Origin: Octopus sinensis
Lineage: Eukaryota
NCBI RefSeq assembly: GCF_006345805.1
Contig: NC_043000.1
Location: 109,864,001-109,928,000, forward strand
Reading direction: 5' to 3'
DNA length: 64,000 bases
Shown here: one piece after another, positions 1 through 11,635 of the stretch
Numbering within the stretch: position 1 is the first letter of the stretch
How the letters are laid out: the number at the start of each line of letters is the position of its first letter
Notes under the pieces: model-generated
Seen by the model: the letters and a program-made list of their open reading frames with translations, nothing else
Databases searched by the model: none
What the model was told of the DNA's origin: nothing
Translations under genes and position numbers: made by a program

Positions 1-608
1 GTTTGAACTCTATGCCTGTCTGCCCTTCAATTGAGAGAGATGGCTTTGTGTCAGGTGACGAAAGGGATTAAGGGACAGAAAGAGGGGGTCTGTTTGTAGA
101 GGAGATATATGGCTACCCCTGTTGGAAAAGAGAGAAGATGGAAGTGAAGATGTGTCAGGGTGTACCTTAAGGATACTGGAAGCTGTGTGCATGCGTTTTA
201 TATATATATTTATATACACACACACACATGCGTATGTGTGTATGTATAAGTGGTACAGAGGATTAGACAGGGTGAGTGACAATTAAATCGTAATGGTAGA
301 CAGAATGCTGGACTAAATCTATGGCATCGCTGTTTTTGTATTACCAGGTATAGCCTGATTTAGTTCTTAAATTTTGTAGAAACTGGACATCAGGTTAAAG
401 AAAACTCATTGATGCATTTTAAAATTATGTATCCTTTTGTCATGGGGTGAGATTTTAGTGAGTGTACGAGCAAGTAAAAACAAAAACAAAATTTAATCAT
501 GTACAGTAATATTTGTATATATTTGGGAAAGTCACTGAAAGGAGTTTGAAAATATAACCCTATTCATCTGGTTGCTGAGTAGATTCCATTCATCATTGTT
601 GTACTTAA

Positions 609-829
609 CCCTTTCGTTACCAACTCGGCTGAAACCAGCTCTGGCTTTGAGTACAAATGTCTTGCTTTCAAAAGTTCTGAATTGAAATCTTCCCCCAAAC
701 CTTAATCACAATTTATGTTCCTAACACAAACTTAATGATAACTAAGTTATTTTTCTAAATTCTTTGTTATATTTAAAAGTAATTGAAAGAAACACAGAGC
801 ATCTCAAAATAAATACAGTAACGAAAGGG
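609..829. mobile_element. piggyBac-type MITE
   Basis: 12-bp perfect TIRs CCCTTTCGTTAC (609-620) / GTAACGAAAGGG (818-829), flanked by TTAA at 605-608 and 830-833. Partial related copies at about 22810-22945, 24550-24627 and 63430-63600 (reverse). Confidence 0.85.
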
Positions 830-1109
830 TTAAGGAAATTTTCTGTTTCATTTTAACCCAATTATAATTTAATAATTATTCTTAAAGGTGTTTTTACAAT
901 GAAAGTTATGTTATAAAAATTCTACATCTACTGTACCCATGTATCAAGACCATGGCTTCAAATTAAGAATGTTTGTATATCTAGTGGTTCTACAATACTT
1001 CCAAATGATTTTGTCAGAATAATATATTTTCTTTCGAGTTTAAAGACTAGTTTCGAAAGCATACATGTGACTTTTTAAAAATATGTTGACTTGCTTCGGT
1101 TGTTTGCAG

Positions 1110-1279
1110 GGTGGTTATCAAAACTTCAGACATGGATTTCTTTCCAAAGAAAAATACTGGTTCGTATCGGTGTGAGGTATGCGACGTTACTGTGAACTCG
1201 GAGGTACAATTGGTGCAGCATCGAACAGGGAAAACACATTTACGTAAAATGCGTTCAGATTTACCGGCTGATGAAGCAG
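1110..1279 (+). CDS. ZNF385-like: Internal exon of ZNF385/ZMAT-like zinc-finger gene (matrin/U1-type C2H2 finger)
   Basis: Acceptor tgtttgcag|, donor G|gtgggt (phase 1). Encodes YRCEVCDVTVNSEVQLVQHRTGKTHLRKM (CxxC-x12-H-x5-H with the NSExQ motif typical of ZNF385/ZMAT3/ZNF346 RNA-binding fingers). Upstream exons lie outside the window. Confidence 0.9.
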
Positions 1280-1619
1280 GTGGGTTGTTGAAGTGCTTTT
1301 AGATGTCAAATTTATCTGCTTACTTAAGTCATATGAATTTCTTTTCTACCTCATCCTCTGGTGTACTTATCTACATGTGAACCTTTCTGAACTTTTCACA
1401 TTCAAGACTCTTTCTGGTTTCCTAATCTCTTCACTATGTTATATAAATATTTTATTATTTGATACCTGGTGAATACTTGTTTATGCTCTTTTACTTTTAT
1501 ACCTGTACCAGCTTGAATGATAAATTTGCTAGAGGCAGTTTGTATATAGACAGATCCATCATCCTTGCACTTAACTTCAGTTTAGACATTGAGCGCTCAT
1601 TGTGTGTACCTATTATATC

Positions 1620-1915
1620 ATGGCCAGTGCCCCCTGACTGCCTCCTATGCCGGTGGCATGTAAAAGGCACCAACTGAACCTGGCTGATGCCAGTACCCTC
1701 TGACTGGCCCCAGTGCTGGTGGCATGTAAAAAGCATTATCCAAACGTGACTGGCTCCTGTGCTGATGGCATGTAAAAAGCACCCACTACACTCTGAGTGG
1801 TTGCTGTTAGGAAGAGCATCCAGCTGTAGAAACCTTGCTAGATCAGATTGGAGCCTGGTGCAGCCGCTGGCTCTCCACACCTTAGTCAAACCGTCCAACC
1901 CATGCCAGCATAGGG
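1620..1915 (+). mobile_element. RTE-LINE 3'-end-derived repeat (family B)
   Basis: ~65-bp structured units followed by the conserved gtggttgg..ttaggaagggcatccagctgtagaaac core and ccaacccatgccagcatgg end. Other copies at about 2905-3090, 7788-8031, 23000-23170, 24142-24548(-), 24705-25040, 29680-30086, 30123-30443, 31080-31510, 39510-40063, 42565-42853(-), 46850-47005(-), 52345-52628(-), 62125-62370. Confidence 0.8.
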
Positions 1916-2558
1916 TGTTGAAAAAATTTGAGGTGACAAATTTCTATTACAAAATTGTTGGGCAGTGTGCTGCATGAGGAGTTTATCAAATTGGTTATCT
2001 GTAATGAGATTTATCATGTCAGCAGTTCAGATTAAATGTCATTAAGCAACTTGTACCAATCTCGAGTTCTTTGTGATCTTATAACTTATTGGTTGTTTCT
2101 CGTAATGAAATGATTATGCACTACATTTGATTGCAAAGAAAGAAAAACTAGCTGAACCCTTTTGATACCATCTCACCCGAGACTGCTCCTATAGTTCTAT
2201 GGCACAAACTGCATGCTTTAACCACGAGCATTTAAACTGGCTGTGTCCGGTCCACATAATTCTACTTGTTTTGTGTTCAAACCACCCAGATCTGGCCTCT
2301 CACACTTACCTTAAGTTCTGTGTGTGTGTGTGTTTTCTCTTTTCTGATGAACTTGTGTTTGTAAATGCTGCAATGTATCGGATTTGTGTATGTAATCATT
2401 CAGTCGACTGCCAGGTTCCATGTTCCTGTGTTTGGAGAGGATCTTCTGTTGGTGATTGCATTGAAGCCTGACCAGATTATATTACAATTAGAGGTAATGG
2501 TTGTTTGAAATGACATGTTGTATGGATGGCTGTAATAACTGTTATTTTTCTTGCTTAG

Positions 2559-2662
2559 GTAGAGGATTTCGTGGCAAAGATGAGGAAGAGATGGACCCCA
2601 TTACACAGGCTGTAGTCAACAATGCTTTGGGTAAATTAGCAACCAAGCGGAAAGCAACCCCA
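2559..2662 (+). CDS. ZNF385-like: Exon of ZNF385-like gene (inter-finger linker)
   Basis: Acceptor tttttcttgcttag|, donor CCA|gtaagt. Phase 1 to phase 0, in frame with the previous exon: GRGFRGKDEEEMDPITQAVVNNALGKLATKRKATP. Confidence 0.85.
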
Positions 2663-5600
2663 GTAAGTTAATCCACATTTTATATTATTACTATAGTTGG
2701 TAATAGGTTTGCTCATTGAAATGGTTGTGGTATCTAGCTGCAAAGGAGATTAACCATAACCCCTATGTTTCATGCCCAATCCACCACTTTGCATAACTTT
2801 TCATCCTAGATTACCAACCCAATTGCGTTTTCTTGTGTAAACCATGTTGCTGTCTTAGTGATAACATGAAATTTCAGGAGGTAAAAAATATTTAGTATAT
2901 CAGTGCTTGTGCCAGTGGCACATTAAAAGCACCCAGCACACACTGTTAAATGGTTGGCATTAGGAAGGGCATCCAGCCGTAGAAACCAAGTCAAATCAGA
3001 CTGGAATCTGATGCAGCTCTCTGGCTTGCCGGCTCTGGCCAAACTCTCCAACCCATGCCAGCATGGGAAACAGATGTTAAAAGATGATGTATCTTATTTT
3101 GTTAATGGAGCAAGCATGGCTGTGTGGTTAAGAAGTTTGTTTCCTTATCACATGGTTTTGGGTTCAGTCCCATTGATTGGCACCTTGGAAAGAGAATTCT
3201 ATCACGATGCCTTACGAGTGGACTTGGTAGGCAGGAGCTGTGTAGAAGCCCTGTTGTCTAGAGATGTACTTATTGTTTGTGAGTTCATGATGTTTCCCCT
3301 TGCATTCATTGATTTGTAATCACTGGTATCCCGATGGCAACAGTCCTTTGCAAGAGCATGCCTGGGCCTCTTGACATGTTTTGGCTCATTCAGACAGTCA
3401 TTTGTTTCCAGTTCTCCACATAAAACCTGTGTGTTTGATAAACTGGGGCATTATTGTTTTCCTGCTTGGGAACAGGAAGGGCATCTTGCTGTGGAAAGCT
3501 CTCCTCTAATGTTACTTGGTAACCTCAATAGGATCAGTGTTACGTAAAAGGTATCTAGTACCCTGTGAAGTGGTTGGAGTTAAGAGACCATGACAAAGCA
3601 GACATTGGTGCTTGGTGTAGTCGTCAGGGTTGTTGGCTCCGATTAAACTGTTCAACCCATGCCAGCATGGAACAACAACAATGATAGTAAGGAGGCATTC
3701 TATTCTTCAGACAAAATGGGGGCTAGAATTCTAAAAATATTACTATGCAGTTGAGGGCACACAAATATAACTAAAAGAATAACTGTCAGGAGGTGTGTTA
3801 TAGTCTGTTAGATAAAACATCCTATCTGAATCTTCTACAAGATATTGGCACAAGGCCAGCAATTCAGGGGAGAGGGGTAGTCAATTACATTGACACCAGT
3901 ACACAACTGGTACTTATTTATCAACCCCGGAATAATGAAAGGCCAAGTTGTCCTTGGTGGAACTTGAAATGCTGCCAAGCATTTTGCCTGGTGCAGTAAT
4001 GTTTCTGCTATCTCACCACCTTCTCCAAGATATTGATTGTTGTAAGACGGTGTGCTGAAAATAACAGGAAAACATACAAATGGTTTCCAGGAGGAGTTCT
4101 ATAGAAACCGTTAAGTGTCTCGATGTGTATTCTTCAAGAATAGATTTACGGAATGGGCTGCCTATGAGAAAAGTATGAAGTAATTATTCATACTTGCATG
4201 AGTCGGACAAAATTGTTGAAGCAGATTTCTCTACAGACTGGGTGACCTTTCTGTTACCAACTGTCCCCTGTTTCCAAGCAAGATAATATTTCCCATGGCC
4301 AAACATGTTTTTTTTATGGAAGACTGGTAATGAAAACCTCACTTGTATAATGAGGGTGATGATGCTCATTCACAGCCATCACATGATGCCTAGACAAGAG
4401 CATGCACACATACAACAGGCTTCTTTCGGTTTCCATCAACCAGATTCACTCACAAGGCTTTGGTTGGGCCAGGGTTAGGAGTTGTGCAGTGGGACTGAAC
4501 CCAAGACCGCATGGTTGGGAAGCAAGCTTCTTAACCACAAGTCCACACCTGAGCCTATAAATCCTTGTATTTATTTTTAAAATACTTTTTTACCAAATAG
4601 AATTTTTTGTTGTTGTTGTTGTTTGTAATTTAAAGATAAGGAGAGTGTCACTTTCTGCTTAATTAGTGAATCTTTTTCTCATTATGAATGGATTTTTATA
4701 CCCATACCCACAATCTTTTACATCTGCTGCTTTCGATGGTGGCATGAGTTGTCTGGACCATTTGTTATTAGGTACCAGTGCCTTTGGGGTGGGGTGGCGG
4801 TCTTCTACTGCTGGGCCTACCAAAACCTTTTCAGTGGATTTGGTTGACAGAAACTAAAAGAAGCCTGCCATGTGTTGCCTTCTCTTGGTGTCACATGATT
4901 GTCATACAGGCAGTGTCACTCATTTCCTATATTCTGTGAAAACATATTTGGCCATGGCAAACGGTGACAGTTGGTGACAGGAAGAGCATCTGACCATAGA
5001 AAAGTGGATGTTAAAACAATGATAATGACGTCTGTTCTAAGACAATAATTAAAAATGGCAAGTATGGACGAGAGAAAGACATAGGAATATGATTATAGAC
5101 TGCAGGGGTTCAGGTGTAATAAGATAATAGGAGAGATGGATAAAGAGGCAAGCGTAATTGATGGGTGACACACAGAAATGACCCTGGAGAGAATGAGTGA
5201 TGACTAGCAGTACAGAAAGGGTGGAGTGAGTGTATCGGACTACACATGGTTCCACCTAGTCTCTTACATTGGGTTAGTGATGGACGATAGAGACAGGGAT
5301 ATGATTATTTTAATTTGTGGCTTTCTTCAGTTTAAAAAAATTCTCTTGTACTATCTTTACTATTGTATATACTTACATGCTTCCAAGCTAAAATGAAAAT
5401 CTATTAATGTGCACAACTAGTCTGATACCGTATTAATTTTTGAACTAAAATTACCTTAGTTGCCTCTTAATAACTGAAATAATTGTTGTCTGTGCGGTCT
5501 TCCATAACTCTTTTGGTGGATATGTTATTTTTCCATAACCAACACTATTTCCACTGAAATGTCCGCAACTACTGTCCCGTTTGTCACCAAATTCATTTAC

Positions 5601-6120
5601 ATTCAAAACACAACTGCTTAGGCATTGCTCAGCATATACTTTATATATATAGCTGCCAAATGTATGCAATATTATGCTTGTTATTATTACCATTATCATT
5701 ATTACATAAGTTTTACTAAATGTGTATATGTGTATAGATATATGTGTATGCATATATATCTAATAGACAATTATGTGTGTGCATATATGTATTTGTGCAC
5801 AATTATTTTTCAAAATAGACCAGAAATGCATCTTCACACAAAAGGACGTGTACACACATGCACATACATGTGTACACGTGGGCGTGTTTGTGTGTGTTTA
5901 TTGAAGATGATCCAGTTGTGATTTTTTTCCTTTCTTGTTGGTGACTACGTTATCCCAATGTGTGCTTAAGATGGTAGGGTGAAATTTGGCTGCTATTTCT
6001 AGCAGGTTGGCCAACAATATTATATATATATATATATAATATATATATGTTGCTGTCGCTCGCCATGGCTGTATTGTGACAATTGTAAACAAATATCTTT
6101 TTCTTTCTCTCTGTGGACAG

Positions 6121-6213
6121 AAAAAATGGATCTACGTGGCCGGTTTCAGATTTCGCAGAAGGAAAAAGAAAAAGTCAAATGTTAACAATTCTGACAATAC
6201 AACGACAGCTCAG
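6121..6213 (+). CDS. ZNF385-like: Candidate symmetric (phase 0-0) cassette exon of ZNF385-like gene with a basic NLS-like cluster
   Basis: Long polypyrimidine tract + cag|, donor CAG|gtgtgt. 93 nt, open: KKWIYVAGFRFRRRKKKKSNVNNSDNTTTAQ. Confidence 0.6.
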
Positions 6214-7372
6214 GTGTGTTGGCGAAAAAAAGGTTTACCTTGCACCACACACAGCATATAATATTATATGCATAATATATATATATATATATTTTATATA
6301 TATATATATTATAAATATAATATTATATTAATATATATATTATATATTTTATATATTACATATAAAATATGTATTATATGTCATATATGATATATATATA
6401 TTATATATATATGATATATGTATTATATGATATATATGTGATGTTATATATGATATGTATTATATACCAGTACATGCACTAAAAATATATATCTCCTTAT
6501 ACAAAACTCAGCATTACTGTCATTCGTGCTATGTTTATGATGGTGTGTTCATGTTTGTGTGGAAAATGAAGGAAAAAGGTTGGTTTTTGGAAATTAGCCT
6601 TAGTTCTTAGATATTTTAGAATTTAATTGAATCGTGAAATGCAGGATGTTCTGTTTAGAGACAGTATTAATGACTAGATAGTATGTAACGAGTAGGAATA
6701 ACGATAAATGATTCATAAAATTTGGAAATGGACTTTAATAATATGCTATTATTGTAGATTAAAGCTAGATTTTTGACAGGCATAAATTATCAGGGGCTTA
6801 TTTTAATAGTGTCATTTAGAAAAACAACTTGATGTTGTGGTTCCCTCGATTGTAGAAGACTGACAAGCCATGGATAATTATATTGTGCAATAATTTTGGT
6901 ATCTAACGAGCCACCTGAGACATGTCACTGATTTCATAAAGTATGAAATATAGTGTTTCTTTAAATTTTTTTTTTTTAATAATATTTATAGAAGTTTTGA
7001 CCAAAAAGCCTTTATTTATTAAAGTTGCATTTAAGTGTGTAAGAGATGAGAGGAGTGAGTTACAATATGCAACTGTTTCATTATATAAGGGATAAACAGA
7101 ATTAAGATGGAAAATGTGTGTGAAATTTCATTTGTGAATCAGGTCAAAATGAGTTTACAAAATGTAATTGCGTAGCATGTCTTCCATTTCTTGATCGAGG
7201 TTTAGCTATTAGTTCTGTGATTTCTGTGATTTCTTTTCTTCTCTTCCCTTATGTTGGTGTGAATTAGAACCAGAGAGAGATGTAGGCCTGGCAGTTTTTT
7301 GAGTTGTGAAAGAAAAAACTGAAACTGTTGGGATGCTGGATTTATGGGTTTTGTGGTATCTCTCTATTGCAG

Positions 7373-7523
7373 GTAACTTGCAGCCATTGTAACCGGACCT
7401 TTAACTCAGAAGCCCAAGCTGCTCAGCATTATAATGGATTGCGGCATGCAAAGAAAGTAAAGATGGTGGAGAATACAAAGAATATGGAGACAGATGAGGA
7501 TTCTCCTGATAGAGACACTAATG
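7373..7523 (+). CDS. ZNF385-like: Exon of ZNF385-like gene, second matrin-type zinc finger
   Basis: Acceptor tctctattgcag|, donor G|gtgagc (phase 0 to 1). Encodes VTCSHCNRTFNSEAQAAQHYNGLRHAKKVK followed by an acidic stretch. Confidence 0.9.
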
Positions 7524-8680
7524 GTGAGCAGAAACAGCTTTGAAAATGCCATTGGCCATATTTTTGACCTTGCAATTTTTTTGTTTTGATAAATGTCATT
7601 TTTTTTTAACGTTAATGGACTTTGTCTATTCTTAAAATATTGTAGGAACATTAGAGTAAACAATTCTACTGTTTGGAATTAGGATAATAATAACTCATGA
7701 AGTTTAATTTTGATAAAATCAGAGAAATAAGGATCTCTCAAGATTATCTGCCTTTCATTTGTTAATCATGAAAATTTAGTGAACGCTTCACTGGCACGTG
7801 TAAAAAGATTCGAGCAAGGTCGTTGCCAGTACTGCCTGACTGGCCCCTGTGCCGGTGGCATGTAAAAGCACCCACTACACTCTCAGAGTGGTTGGCGTTA
7901 GGCAGGGCATCCAGCTGTAGAAACTCTGCCAGATCAAGATTGGGGCCTGGTGCAGCCATCTGGTTTGCCAGCCCTCAGTCAAATCGTCCAACCCATGCTA
8001 GCATGGAAAGCGGACGTTAAACGATGATGATATGAATGGATAGGTGATGATAGAAAGGAAGGAAGGGCGGCCTTAACAGCTGTGTGTGCAAGTGGAATGC
8101 TGTGTAAGACAACTTATGCAGAAGTGCTACAGCAGGAAGCTCTTCCATGTGTTAATGAAGTTCCCAAGTTTAAAATGATGTTACTCTATTTGGTGGTATA
8201 AACGATGCATGGGCCTTTTTTTTTTTTATGCACCCTAATTTATGCAGCAAATATTCATTGGGTGAAAAGGTTTTAGTGCATTAAAAGCTTATAATACAGG
8301 ACATTGAGAGATTGAGGTGGGAGTGGGGTGTCATAAATGCCATCAAATCTAGTAATTAAAATGGAACCGTTTAATTTTAATTTTAATTGGCAAATTGTAA
8401 CATGAGTATAATTTAAGTCACAGTTCTGATTTTTCATACTAGTAATCATACTAGTCACAAAGTTAAAACCTATTCAAAATCCTGACCATATTTTCTAATG
8501 ACGTATTTATCCTCAACTATTCCCCTTTAATCATTTAGTAAAGCCATTTGGTTCTGCTTTTGGAAAACTATGAAAAATAGGTTTGTTTTTAGTCTTAAGT
8601 ATCCTCCCTATTTTAGTAACATAAAACAAAACATTTCGCTTTTCTGTGTTTATAATCATTTGACTTTTTTTTCCCCCCAG

Positions 8681-8704
8681 GAGAAGATTTAGGGAAAAAA
8701 TTAG
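8681..8704 (+). CDS. ZNF385-like: Candidate 24-nt microexon (phase 1-1) of ZNF385-like gene
   Basis: Strong acceptor ttttttttccccccag|, donor TAG|gtttgt. Frame-preserving, adds (G)EDLGKKL. Confidence 0.55.
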
Positions 8705-9693
8705 GTTTGTTTTTCTGTAGCTTATGTAACATTTCTGTGAACTCTATGCAACAGTTGGAAGCTCATAAGAGTGGTAAGTATAGCCAATACATTTTCTGAC
8801 AACCTTCCCCCCCGTTTTTAATCAGAGCTGTGCTCATTAATTACTGTATTTACCCATAAGTTGTACCCCTTTCTGTTGATAGTTTCAATTTTGCCCCCAA
8901 ACGTGTCCCATCCCAGTGTTTTTTTGTAAAAATCAAGTACGAAATGGTAGGGCTTATCCACAAGTAAATCTGATGATCACTGTGTGGAGACAAATTATTT
9001 TGAAAGATTATCTTTAATAACTTAATGTCTTTCTAGTTACGATTATCTATGATTATTTTAAAGCTGCAGTGTATTCAGAGTATAATTTTCTTTGTGACTT
9101 TGAAGTTTCAAGCTGTTAGCCTTCAGTGGGAAGTGGAGTGCTGCAAAAGTCCAATGAAGGAGGTTACCTGTTGGAACCTCCAGAGTCACTGCCACTCCTC
9201 GTTTTATAAAGGTGTAATGGATTATGTACTCTACACAAAGGAATTGACTAATTCTTCAGTTTAATGTTGTTTTTATTATAACACAACATAAAAACAAATA
9301 TTAATATTTTTTTATCTTAGAGTTACAGGCATTTCCTTGTTGTGCTCACGATGAAGTGAACTTGTACTTAGCTTGTTAGAACTTTGTAACCATTTTGCTA
9401 TTGTTCACCACCAATTTAAAATTAATAAATTAAACCAGGCTGTTGGCATCAGTTTCTATTTTGGTGGACTGTGAACTGCAGTCACTAGCTTCATCAGGCA
9501 TTAAAATATAGTATCCTGCCTTAAATCTAAGGCAAGTAACTACAGTTTGTTAAAATATCTCGCTTCTATTTTCATAAGGGACTTAAGATACATCAACTTA
9601 GCAAATGGGTTTTCCTTTATACGTTTCCCCCTGTTTTTTTCTTTTTTTATTTCCTCTTAATTTTATATTATGATTTTTTTCAATTTCCTACAG

Positions 9694-9785
9694 GCAATAA
9701 GCATGGAAATAAAATGCAGAAATTAGATGGCAAATGTCTTGATGACAAAGATGGAGACTCTCTAGAGTGCAAAGATGATGACTAA
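9694..9785 (+). CDS. ZNF385-like: Last coding exon of ZNF385-like gene
   Basis: Acceptor tttcctacag|, phase 1 compatible. Reads GNKHGNKMQKLDGKCLDDKDGDSLECKDDD then TAA (9783-9785). Confidence 0.75.
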
Positions 9786-11324
9786 CACTTGAGTTTTGGT
9801 AATGTCTGTTTCCTTCAAAAGTTCCTTCATTTTGTTTGTCTACAGATGATAATGTATTACAAATATTTTCTAACTCTTTTGATGCCAGTCTGCATAAAGC
9901 TGCCCTTGGTTCTAGGATACAAAACCATCTCTTTTAAAGTACAGTGGGACACCCATGTACGAAGGGTCCTCCGAATGAACAAATTGAATAATGAATGGGT
10001 TTTTTCCAATCGATAAATAAAACTTGCAGAATGAACTGAAATTTGATCTAAGAACTACAAGCAGGCTATGGGAGAGCATAGTTAAATGGTGTGCTAAAGG
10101 AACCAGTTGCATAGTAGTTTTCTGAAGAAAAATTATATTCAGCCAACAGGCATTTTAGCAACAAACCACAAGTCAACTCTAAGGGACTAAGAGAAGGTGT
10201 ACAAATGGTTGAAGTTCATGGATACAGTTTGATGTGGCTTGCAAATTTTCATGTTTTATCTAGGAAGTAATAATATTTCTCATTATTTTTTGATTAAAAA
10301 AGAAAACATAACTGTTGATTGAGACAAGGAAAAAAAAATAACATGCGTGTGTGTATATATTTATTGCTATAGATGATTGGATAAACAACAGATCATTTCA
10401 GGCTGTGGAGGGTGGATATGGCTTAGAATGAATTCCCCTTACATGTGTCTCAAATATTCATACAATAAACAGTTTGGTTAATGAACAAGACTCCAGAATG
10501 AGTTATGTTTGTATATAGAGACCCCCCCCCATCAGGATTCCACACAGTTTCCACCTACCGAATTTGTTCACAAGGCATTGGTTGACCAAGGGTTATGATA
10601 GAGGATGCTTGCTCAGTGTACTACCACACAGTGGGGCTGAACCTGAGATCCTGTGATTGCAAAGAAAGCTTCTACAGTATTTGAAATGAATCAATATGCA
10701 AGGAAATGAAAATCGGCAAAAGATAATTGCTGTTTCTCTGGGAAAATTTACCAGCATTATTACAGCGAAATGTAGCAAATTGCTCGATTGATGGTAATGT
10801 GTATACCAACTATTCAGCCATGGAGGGATTGTCTTATGATCCTAATGCTTTATTTTCATGTGATTGATCATTATCGTCATCATCAAACATCCAGTTCTGC
10901 ATGCTTGCATGACTCAGATAGAATTTGTTGAGGCAGATTCTCTATGGCTGGATGTCTTTCCTGTTGTCAATCTTCGTTTCCAAGCCAGACATGCTTTACA
11001 AGGACAACTGGAAGTGAACAACACTGCTTGTATGACAGGGACGCTTGTTTACACTTGTCTCATTATGTCAATACAAAGGTCAACACACACACACACAAAT
11101 CCATTCATAAGGCTTTGGTCAGTGTTGGGGCTGTAGTAAAAGAATTACTCAAGGTGCCACGCAGTGGAAATGAACTTGAAACCATTTGGTTGGGACCAAG
11201 CTACTCAACCACATGGCCTTATATGTATATTATAGATTATATACATGGTGGGCTTCTTACAGTTTCTGTTTACCAAATCCACTCCTAAGATTTGGTCATC
11301 CCAGGGCTTTAGTAGAAGACAATT

Positions 11325-11635
11325 TGTGGTAAGTAGCTTGCTTACCAACCACATGGTTCCGGGTTCAGTCCCACTGCGTGGCATCTTGGGCAAGTGTCTT
11401 CTGCTATAGCCTTGGGCCGACCAATGTTTGTGTGTCTGTTTGTCCCTCTAGCATTGCTTGACAACCGATGCTGGTGTGTTTACGTCCCCGTCACTTAGCC
11501 ATTCGGCAAAAGAGACCAATAGAATAAGTACTGGGCTTACAAAGAATAAGTCTTGGGGTCGATTTGCTTGACTAAAGGCAGTGCTCCAGCATGGCCGCAG
11601 TCAAATGACAAACAAGTAAAAGAGTAAAGAGAGAG
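11325..11635 (+). mobile_element. tRNA-derived SINE (family A), nested inside an opposite-orientation copy of the same family
   Basis: B-box GGTTCAGTCC, CORE-like cttgggcaagtgtctt, tail (AGTAAAAG)n. The flanks 11250-11320 and 11637-11706 are the two halves of a minus-strand copy. Confidence 0.8.
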
